From Auanema rhodensis (lineage: Eukaryota; Animalia; Nematoda), in the NCBI GenBank assembly GCA_964057225.1, contig OZ059896.1, forward strand, positions 18,662,001 to 18,726,000: a stretch of 64,000 bases of DNA, read 5' to 3'. Positions 28,001-38,100 of the stretch are shown piece after piece (within the stretch, counting starts at the first letter, position 1; each line of letters begins with the position of its first letter). Below the pieces are notes generated by a model. That model saw only the letters and a program-made list of their open reading frames with translations. It was not told where the DNA came from and ran no database searches. The position numbers and the translations under genes are program-made.

Positions 28001-29517
28001 TTTAAATGGCCTTGTGGCCTAATGGATAAGGCGTCGGACTTCGGATCCGAAGATTGTAGGTTCGAGTCCTGCCAGGGTCGTTATTTTTTGTTTCAAAACA
28101 ATCATTACCTGATAGTTTTTATGTTTTATTCTATATTATCTCATACAATTGAAAAAAATACTAGCAGTAAAACAAATGCAGTGATAATATTCTCGAAAAT
28201 GTTCCTATTCAGAGTGAGAAAGTATCAAAAATTTCCCAAAGGTTTTCTCATAAGGTACTAAAATAAAAGTATTATTTCATATTATTATTTTTTCAGACCT
28301 AGAATCGATAAAAAAAAATCAACTACATTTTAGTGAGTTACTGGGTTGGGTTATACAAATTGTCTAATTAGAATGCGATTTACATGGCCTTGTGGCCTAA
28401 TGGATAAGGCGTCGGACTTCGGATCCGAAGATTGTAGGTTCGAGTCCTGCCAGGGTCGTTATTTTTTGTTTCAAAACAATCATTACCTGATAGTTTACAT
28501 GTTTTATTCTATATTATCTCATACAATTGAAAAAAATAATAGCACTAAAACAAATGCAGTGTTAATATTCTTGAGAATGTTCCTATTCAGAGTGAGAAAA
28601 TATCTAAAATTTCTCAAAGGTTTTCTCATAAGGTACTAAAATAAAAGTATTATTTCATATTATTATTTTTTCAGACCTAGAATCGATAAAAAAAATCAAC
28701 TACATTTTATTGAGTTACTGGGTTGGGTTATACAAATTGTCTAATTAGAATGCGATTTAAATGGCCTTGTGGCCTAATGGATAAGGCGTCGGACTTCGGA
28801 TCCGAAGATTGTAGGTTCGAGTCCTGCCAGGGTCGTTATTTTTTGTTTCAAAACAATCATTACCTGATAGTTTACATGTTTTATTCTATATTATCTCAAA
28901 CAATTGAGAAAAATACTAGCAGTAAAACAAATGCAGTGATAATATTCTCGAAAATGTTCCTATTCAGAGTGAGAAAGTATCAAAAATTTCCCGAAGGTTT
29001 TCTCATAAGGTACTAAAATAAAAATGTTATTTCATATTATTATTTTTTCAGACCTAGAATCGATAAAAAATATCAACTACATTTTAGTGAGTTACTGGGT
29101 TGGGTTATACAAATTGTCTAATTAGAATGCGATTTACATGGCCTTGTGGCCTAATGGATAAGGCGTCGGACTTCGGATCCGAAGATTGTAGGTTCGAGTC
29201 CTGCCAGGGTCGTTATTTTTTGTTTTAAAAAAATCATTACCTGATAGTTTACATGTTTTATGCTGTATTATCTCATACAATTGAAAAAAATACTAGCAAT
29301 AAAACAAATGCAGTGATAATATTCTCGAAAATGTTCCTATTCAGAGTGAGAAAATATCTACAATTTCCCGAAGGTTTTCTCATAAGGTACTAAAATAAAA
29401 GTATTATTTCATATTATTATTTTTTCAGACCTAGAATCGATAAAAAAAAATCAACTACATTTTAGTGAGTTACTGGGTTGGGTTATACAAATTGTCTAAT
29501 TAGAATGCGATTTACAT

Positions 29518-29590
29518 GGCCTTGTGGCCTAATGGATAAGGCGTCGGACTTTGGATCCGAAGATTGTAGATTCGAGTCCTGCCAGGGTCG
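29518..29590 (+). pseudogene. tRNA copy with TTG anticodon and G53A
   Basis: CTTTGGA-TCCGA; GTAGA-TTCGAGT breaks G53:C61 and the B box. Confidence 0.65.
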
Positions 29591-32500
29591 TTATTTTTTG
29601 TTTCAAAACAATCATTACCTGATAGTTTACATGTTTTATTCTATATTATCTCATACAATCGAAAAAAATACTAGCAGTAAAACAAATGCAGTGTTAATAT
29701 TCTTGAGAATGTTCCTATTCAGAGTGAGAAAATATCTAAAATTTCAAGAAGGTTTTCTCATAAGATACTAAAATAAAAGTATTATTTCATAATATCATTT
29801 TCTCAGACCTAAAATCGATGAAAAAAATCAACTGCATTTTAGTGAGTTACTGGGTTGGGTTATACAAATTGTCTAATTTGAATGCGATTTACATGGCCTT
29901 GTGGCCTAATGGATAAGGCGTCGGACTTCGGATCCGAAGATTGTAGGTTCGAGTCCTGCCAGGGTCGTTATTTTTTGTTTCAAAAAAATCATTACCTGAT
30001 AGTTTACATGTGTTATTCTGTATTATCTCAAACAATTGAAAAAAATACTAGCAGTAAAACAAATGTAGTGTTAATATTCTCGAGAATGTTCCTATTCAGA
30101 GTGAGAAAATATCTAAAATTTCAAGAAGGTTTTCTCATAAGGTACTAAAATAAAAGTATTATTTCATATTATTATTTTTTCAGACCTAGAATCGATAAAA
30201 AAAATCAACTACATTTTATTGAGTTACTGGGTTGGGTTACACAAATTGTCTAATTAGAATGCGATTTAAATGGCCTTGTGGCCTAATGGATAAGGCGTCG
30301 GACTTCGGATCCGAAGATTGTAGGTTCGAGTCCTGCCAGGGTCGTTATTTTTTGTTTCAAAACAATCATTACTTGATAGTTTACATGTTTTATTCTATAT
30401 TATCTCATACAATTGAAAAAAAAATCTAGCAGTAAAACAAATGCAGTGTTAATATTCTTGAGAATGTTCCTATTCAGAGTGAGAAAGTATCAAATTCCCG
30501 AAGGTTTTCTCATAAGGTACTAAAATAAAAATATTATTTCATATTGTTATTTTTTCAGACCTAGAATCGATAAAAAATATCAACTACATTTTAGTGAGTT
30601 ACTGGGTTGGGTTATACAAATTGTCTAATTAGAATGCGATTTACATGGCCTTGTGGCCTAATGGATAAGGCGTCGGGCTTCGGATCCGAAGATTGTAGGT
30701 TCGAGTCCTGCCAGGGTCGTTATTTCTTGTTTCAAAACAATCATTACCTGATAGTTTACATGTTTTATTCTATATTATCTCATACAATTGAAAAAAATAC
30801 TAGCAGTAAAACAAATGCAGTGTTAATATTCTTGAGAATGTTCCTATTCAGAGTGAGAAAATATCTAAAATTTCTCAAAGGTTTTCTCATAAGGTACTAA
30901 AATAAAAGTATTATTTCATAATATTATTTTTTCAGACCTAGAATCGATAAAAAAAAATCAACTACATTTTAGTGAGTTACTGGGTTGGGTTATACAAATT
31001 GTCTAATTTGAATGCGATTTAAAGGGCCTTGTGGCCTAATGGATAAGGCGTCGGACTTCGGATCCGAAGATTGTAGGTTCGAGTCCTGCCAGGGTCGTTA
31101 TTTCTTGTTTTAAAAAAATCATTACCTGATAGTTTACATGTTCTATTCTATATTATCTCATACAATTGAAAAAAATACTAGCAGTAAAACAAATGCAGTG
31201 TTAATATTCTTGAGAATGTTCCTATTCAGAGTGAGAAAATATCTAAAATTTCTCAAAGGTTTTCTCATAAGGTACTAAAATAAAAGTATTATTTCATATT
31301 ATTATTCTTTCAGACCTAGAATCGATAAAAAAAATCAACTACATTTTATTGGGTTACTGGGTTGGGTTATACAAATTGTCTAATTAGAATGCGATTTACA
31401 TGGCCTTGTGGCCTAATGGATAAGGCGTCGGACTTCGGATCCGAAGATTGTAGGTTCGAGTCCTGCCAGGGTCGTTATTTTTTGTTTTTAAAAAATCATT
31501 ACCTGATAGTTTACATGTTTTATTCTGTATTATCTCATACAATTGAAAAAAATACTAGCAGTAAAACAAATGCAGTGTTAATATTCTTGAGAATGTTCCT
31601 ATTCAGAGTGAGAAAATATCTAAAATTTCAAGAAGGTTTTCTCATAAGATACTAAAATAAAAGTATTATTTCATAATATCATTTTCTCAGACCTAGAATC
31701 GATGAAAAAAATCAACTGCATTTTAGTGAGTTACTGGGTTGGGTTATACAAATTGTCTAATTTGAATGCGATTTACATGGCCTTGTGGCCTAATGGATAA
31801 GGCGTCGGACTTCGGATCCGAAGATTGTAGGTTCGAGTCCTGCCAGGGTCGTTATTTTTTGTTTCAAAAAAATCATTACCTGATAGTTTACATGTGTTAT
31901 TCTGTATTATCTCAAACAATTGAAAAAAATACTAGCAGTAAAACAAATGTAGTGTTAATATTCTCGAGAATGTTCCTATTCAGAGTGAGAAAATATCTAA
32001 AATTTCAAGAAGGTTTTCTCATAAGGTACTAAAATAAAAGTATTATTTCATATTATTATTTTTTCAGACCTAGAATCGATAAAAAAAATCAACTACATTT
32101 TATTGAGTTACTGGGTTGGGTTACACAAATTGTCTAATTAGAATGCGATTTAAATGGCCTTGTGGCCTAATGGATAAGGCGTCGGACTTCGGATCCGAAG
32201 ATTGTAGGTTCGAGTCCTGCCAGGGTCGTTATTTTTTGTTTCAAAACAATCATTACTTGATAGTTTACATGTTTTATTCTATATTATCTCATACAATTGA
32301 AAAAAAAATCTAGCAGTAAAACAAATGCAGTGTTAATATTCTTGAGAATGTTCCTATTCAGAGTGAGAAAGTATCAAAAATTCCCGAAGGTTTTCTCATA
32401 AGGTACTAAAATAAAAATATTATTTCATATTGTTATTTTTTCAGACCTAGAATCGATAAAAAATATCAACTACATTTTAGTGAGTTACTGGGTTGGGTTA

Positions 32501-33961
32501 TACAAATTGTCTAATTAGAATGCGATTTACATGGCCTTGTGGCCTAATGGATAAGGCGTCGGACTTCGGATCCGAAGATTGTAGGTTCGTGTCCTGCGAG
32601 GGTCGTTATTTTTTGTTTCAAAACAATCATTACCTGATAGTTTACATGTTTTATTCTATATTATCTCATACAATTGAAAAAAATACTAGCAGTAAAACAA
32701 ATGCAGTGATAATATTCTCGAAAATGTTCCTATTCAGAGTGAGAAAATATCTACAATTTCCCGAAGGTTTTCTCATAAGGTACTAAAATAAAAGTATTAT
32801 TTCATATTATTATTTTTTCAGACCTAGAATCGATAAAAAAAAATCAACTACATTTTAGTGAGTTACTGGGTTGGGTTACACAAATTGTCTAATTAGAATG
32901 CGATTTACATGGCCTTGTGGCCTAATGGATAAGGCGTCGGGCTTCGGATCCGAAGATTGTAGGTTCGAGTCCTGCCAGGGTCGTTATTTCTTGTTTTAAA
33001 ACAATCATTACCTGATAGTTTACATGTTTTATTCTATATTATCTCATACAATTGAAAAAAATACTAGCAGTAAAACAAATGCAGTGTTAATATTCTTGAG
33101 AATGTTCCTATTCAGAGTGAGAAAATATCTAAAATTTCTCAAAGGTTTTCTCATAAGGTACTAAAATAAAAGTATTATTTCATAATATTATTTTTTCAGA
33201 CCTAGAATCGATAAAAAAAAATCAACTACATTTTAGTGAGTTACTGGGTTGGGTTATACAAATTGTCTAATTTGAATGCGATTTAAAGGGCCTTGTGGCC
33301 TAATGGATAAGGCGTCGGACTTCGGATCCGAAGATTGTAGGTTCGAGTCCTGCCAGGGTCGTTATTTCTTGTTTTAAAAAAATCATTACCTGATAGTTTA
33401 CATGTTCTATTCTATATTATCTCATACAATTGAAAAAAATACTAGCAGTAAAACAAATGCAGTGTTAATATTCTTGAGAATGTTCCTATTCAGAGTGAGA
33501 AAATATCTAAAATTTCTCAAAGGTTTTCTCATAAGGTACCAAAATAAAAGTATTATTTCATATTATTATTCTTTCAGACCTAGAATCGATAAAAAAAATC
33601 AACTACATTTTATTGGGTTACTGGGTTGGGTTATACAAATTGTCTAATTAGAATGCGATTTACATGGCCTTGTGGCCTAATGGATAAGGCGTCGGACTTC
33701 GGATCCGAAGATTGTAGGTTCGAGTCCTGCCAGGGTCGTTATTTTTTGTTTTTAAAAAATCATTACCTGATAGTTTACATGTTTTATTCTGTATTATCTC
33801 ATACAATTGAAAAAAATACTAGCAGTAAAACAAATGCAGTGTTAATATTCTTGAGAATGTTCCTATTCAGAGTGAGAAAATATCTAAAATTTCAAGAAGG
33901 TTTTCTCATAAGATACTAAAATAAAAGTATTATTTCATAATATCATTTTCTCAGACCTAGA

Positions 33962-33966
33962 ATCGA
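33962..33966. other. Target-site duplication ATCGA (left copy)
   Basis: Removing the element and one ATCGA restores the array spacer gacctagaATCGAtgaaaaaaatcaactgc, as seen at about 31690-31720. Confidence 0.95.
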
Positions 33967-34034
33967 TGTGGCGTTATACCACAAGTGTATAGTATGGTTG
34001 GAAGTAAAACACAAAGCAAATATGTAGAAAAGGG

Positions 34035-34040
34035 TTTATT
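34035..34040 (-). promoter_or_regulatory. Probable polyadenylation signal AATAAA in the 3' LTR
   Basis: TTTATT on + strand, about 70 nt from the LTR 3' end. Confidence 0.55.
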
Positions 34041-34216
34041 GATGAATTAACAAGACAAGCACGGAATAAAATCACTGACTGCGAACGTTGAAAAAGTAAG
34101 ACTGATCTCTTCTCGTGGGCGGTCGTCAGCCTGAAACAAAGAGTTAGTCATGCCACATGTATAACACAACATGTGGTATGGATAAAAATTACTTAGGAAG
34201 TTAGAAGAAAGAAGAA

Positions 34217-34220
<4 letters not shown>

Positions 34221-34264
<44 letters not shown>
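34221..34264. repeat. (GA)22 microsatellite in LTR
   Basis: Direct reading; counterpart (GA)23 at 43637-43682. Confidence 0.95.
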
Positions 34265-34266
<2 letters not shown>

Positions 34267-34332
34267 AGGAGAAACAAATAAAACAATTGTTGAAGATAAA
34301 AAATTATACAAACTCACTCGCTTATCGCGACA

Positions 34333-34340
34333 CTCCCGGC
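34333..34340 (-). other. Short polypurine-tract-like segment (GCCGGGAG) abutting the 3' LTR
   Basis: Minus strand ...cattGCCGGGAG|TG; position-based call, weak purine run. Confidence 0.5.
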
Positions 34341-34362
34341 AATGCGGGAATGAGAAGAAGGC

Positions 34363-34869
34363 CTACAAAGGTCTTTTACGTTTTATATCACCACAAACCA
34401 CTCCATGATGCGTATCCGCCTTACATCTATAGCAGGATACCTCGCAAATCGCTGGATGTTTTTGATTCAAACATCTGATGCATAACCCCAGTTCATGAAG
34501 ACGGAGAGTGCGTTCCGGTGAGGAAGGATAAATCGGACAGGCCGCAGTACGGTGCCCATCAGCTGTCGGTTTATTGCAGAATACACATGAAGCTTTAGGA
34601 GCAGTCTGAATGGTCAAATTGTCTAGTTTCAGATTTAACGAATGTTGAATATTGTCCAGTCGTTCGGATAGATGGTTCACCGCGCTAGCTAGGTGCTCGT
34701 AGAGCCTCTTTTCAAGCACAATTAGTTGCCTCAGATTGGCGGCAGTGTTAGGTAGATGGGAATATTTTTTGAGCTCTTCCTCAAAGGAAGCATTCTCAAT
34801 TATATTCGAGACAATATCTACCATTTTCATGGAATATAGGAGAAACATGAGCTGCATCCTTATATACAT
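34363..34869 (-). CDS. Accessory ORF2: coiled coil + three Cys/His zinc knuckles + basic C-terminus (start uncertain; first ATG at 34869)
   Basis: CVFC-x7-H-x4-C, 18-aa linker, CIRC-x4-H-x3-C, CYRC-x4-HH-x3-C, ending KRKRPL; stop codon 30 nt before the 3' LTR. Confidence 0.8.
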   Translation of the reverse strand: MYIRMQLMFLLYSMKMVDIVSNIIENASFEEELKKYSHLPNTAANLRQLIVLEKRLYEHLASAVNHLSERLDNIQHSLNLKLDNLTIQTAPKASCVFCNKPTADGHRTAACPIYPSSPERTLRLHELGLCIRCLNQKHPAICEVSCYRCKADTHHGVVCGDIKRKRPL

Positions 34870-35165
34870 GTTCACATCTGGACTTTAAACGCTGATTAAC
34901 ATCTATTAGTTTATTGTACAATGGTGTGTTTAGGTTATCTTGTTACAGATACAATGAATTTTAGAGCCTGTACAAAAGGTTATGTGTTATGTAACTGATA
35001 AAAGAAACTTGATACTACCATAAATTGAAAAGAAAGAAAAACAATGATATTGTTTTATTACAATGGTTATATTCGTACATAATGCTTTCTTTTTCTTTTG
35101 TTTCATTATTATTTCAATTTTTAATTTTTAATTTTATCTCCACAAGAAATTCTTCTCTTATGCTT

Positions 35166-38100
35166 TTAAAATCTTTGATCCCGAAATAAGGCTTTTGATT
35201 TTATCCACAGTGTGAATATCCTGGTAGCTATCCATTGTGTGGTTAAGACTGTATTCAAAACTACACAGTACATGATGGGTGTACATGCCACATATCCTAT
35301 GGTGGCGGTTATTGCAACGCCTATCAATATGATTCCCAACTTTGATAAAATTAACTTGAAGATTGGAGCGAAGTCAATGGATTTGGATTCTGTAACCTTA
35401 CTTGAGTCACTTTCGTTTATTTCATCTATGCTTGCTATGTGATGTAATATTCCTTTAATAATGATCTTAATTTTTTTATTGTCGCATGTGGTATAGCATA
35501 ATTCATCAATCTGAGAATTTTCTCTTTTCATTGTTACTTTTGTGATTGCTACTTTTGGAGAGCATTTTATCATGAATACTTCTTTTTGACATTCGATAGA
35601 AATCCATGTTTCTTCTGCCGTAAGGCATTGGAATTCTGCGAATGCACCCTGCCCGCAGGAGTAGCAACCTGATAGTTTTGTCAGGGCAGGTGCGCAAGGC
35701 AAATTGTTGGAGAAAATCACTGAGTTTAAGAATAGGGATGAATCGACCGTAACTAAATTTTCGTCTAAATTCGTAGAGAATGATAACGTGTTATCTTTAG
35801 TTTTAAAGTTTTGGTTAGGAGATTTTATGTCTGATGTATTGGACATTTTTTCAAAAGTAGGGGTATCACACCTACATTTTATTTCATCAAATCTATTGAA
35901 TGTGCAAGGGCAGAATGAGGATACTGTACAGTTATTAAAATGTTTTAATGCTGCTTCCTCTGTTGCACATTGAATTATTCCCTTTGTGTGTATATCCGTA
36001 ATGTACGTGTTTTCTTTGGAGGAAAAAAATAATTTTGTGTACATTTCTGGAGGAGGTTGTGATTGTGATAACGTTGTTATATTGAAAAGTTGTTCACGAT
36101 TTTTCGTGTAAGGTTGTAGAGTGATATTGTAATTATTTTTCTGCTGGAGTAATGTTGTTTCTATATTAAATACGGTTTGGGTGGACCAACTATCACAAGT
36201 ATAGACTTCGTATACTTCCTCAGTGACGGGTATATGCTCTATTTTGTAGAAAAGACAAGGATCTGTCCAAATCATAGGACATGTGTAAAATCTCGCTGAC
36301 GATGTGAAGCAACCTGATTGTGAAGGGAACGTATATGGTTGTAGTTCCTCGATTTTATTATGGAGCGAGTTAGTTTCACATGTTCCGTCACACGAGCCCC
36401 GGTGACGGCATCGTAATATGCTCAATATGTTGACGGTTGTCTGTCTAGTGAAGTATCTAGTATTCTTTTGGCAGACATGTTCAGTATATAGTTTAGTTAT
36501 TTTAAATTGACCAATTTCATGATTAGAATGCGTTATGGTAATGCATAATTGTTTTGTTCCGGGAGAAAATATGATATCTTGACTGTATTCGTGATAACAA
36601 GCTAAGTTGTCATCGCATCGTATGTTAACGAAGTGTTGAACATGAACATCGGAACATGAACTGCAGCTTCCAATACATAAAGCCAAGATGATTGCCAGTA
36701 ACGATGGTAAAGATGTTTGCGACCCTCTAGTAAAGAGAGAGAATTTTGGTGGCTTTCTCGTATGGTTTAAAATAGGGTAAATATGCTTTTGAAAGGTTTC
36801 ATGATCCACAATATTAGCGTCTTGTGTGTTCGTTTGTTTTAATTGCAACGTATCATTGTGGTCTTCTGTTATTTTTTGATCAGTTTCATGATCTTCTTGT
36901 TCGGAGATTGTTTTATGTTTTAATTTCATGATGTTGAGCATGGTTTGAGTGTTTTTGGACCATGTCTTATATCTATATTGGCTGTAGCCCATGCGGCATA
37001 GACAAGAGACTATGAGGGTAACTGCCATAATGGTTATTATCACTGTCCATGTTGCCATTTCTGGGGAGCAATGAGGATTTGCTATAAGTTTTGTGGTGAA
37101 CATGTTAGAGTCCTTGCAACTATTGATTTCTTCGGCATATGTCGAAGTAATTATAATCGGTAATGAAAGGGCTTTCATTATGTCAGCTGCTATTTTTGGG
37201 TTTATTTTATTTTTTCTTTGGTGTGTGGCATAGGACATTTTTAGTGGGAAGGCTTTTATATTTTCCTTCTCAGTGACCTCATCTTGTTCTGTATATTTTG
37301 CTGTTTTCACTGATGATAGTTTTGTTTTATTTTGAGGTCGATCGTTTGTTGCATCCTCATTATTCTCTGTTTCTGGAGTGTATGTATTATCATGTTGAGA
37401 GTTGTCTGATTCATATGCAATATCGTAATTATGGTTGCTATCATTTATGTTATTGTTCTCATGTATTGTTTCATCTGTATGTTCTATATGATGATCGGAG
37501 TGTATGTTGTCTAATACGGTATCAGTATGTGCTATTCTATCTGTTGAGCTATTATTTTCTTGGACTATGTGTGAGTTGTCTTCTATGATTTTGTTGTTGC
37601 TAGTGTTGCATCTTATCTCTAGTGGATAGAGCTGATTGATGGATCGAGTAATTATGTTTCCGTTGCTTGTTGCAACTTTTGCTGAACGTATGTTGCCATC
37701 TGAACTAGTAATTGTTTCAATAATGCGACCTAGTTTCCATGTTCCTCGTGGCGACATGTCGTTTTGTATTATTACTATTTCATCCTTGTGAGGAAAGAGA
37801 TTTGTGTGATTTTTTCTCTTGTTTTTATGTTTGAAAATGTCTTTTAAACTAGTTAGATACTCCTCCTGGAAACGTGTCCAGAATTTAGACGCTGAGTCTT
37901 CTGATAACTGAAGAGCTTCTAGCGCTTGTTCTGTCGATTGAATCGTTTGGATATCGCTGTGAATATCGAATATATGAGTGTTATCATTGTTTTCTGGTAA
38001 TGAAAACTTTATTGCTGATGTTAAAAAATCAATTGGTCTTATGGGTAAAGCATCTAAATTAACTGGGTGTGGATGAGTGAGTGGGCGTGTATTAATTATG

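Larger units (their letters stand above)
1..33966 (+). repeat. Tandem array of ~377-378 bp units, each with one tRNA-Arg(TCG) gene (about 90 copies; left arm, open at window edge)
   Basis: Near-identical unit recurs with tRNA starts at 55, 433, 810 ... 33666. Copy number estimated from span/period. Confidence 0.98.
33967..34332 (-). repeat. 3' LTR (366 bp)
   Basis: TGTGGCG...CGCGACA; direct repeat of 43383-43750; contains (GA)22. Confidence 0.96.

Noticed and set aside
1-33966. CRISPR-like repeat-spacer array
   Set aside because: The spacers are themselves near-identical, the context is eukaryotic, and there are no cas genes.
34047-34286. LTR ORFs with SLSLSL (also 43463-43774)
   Set aside because: Translation of the (TC)n microsatellite.
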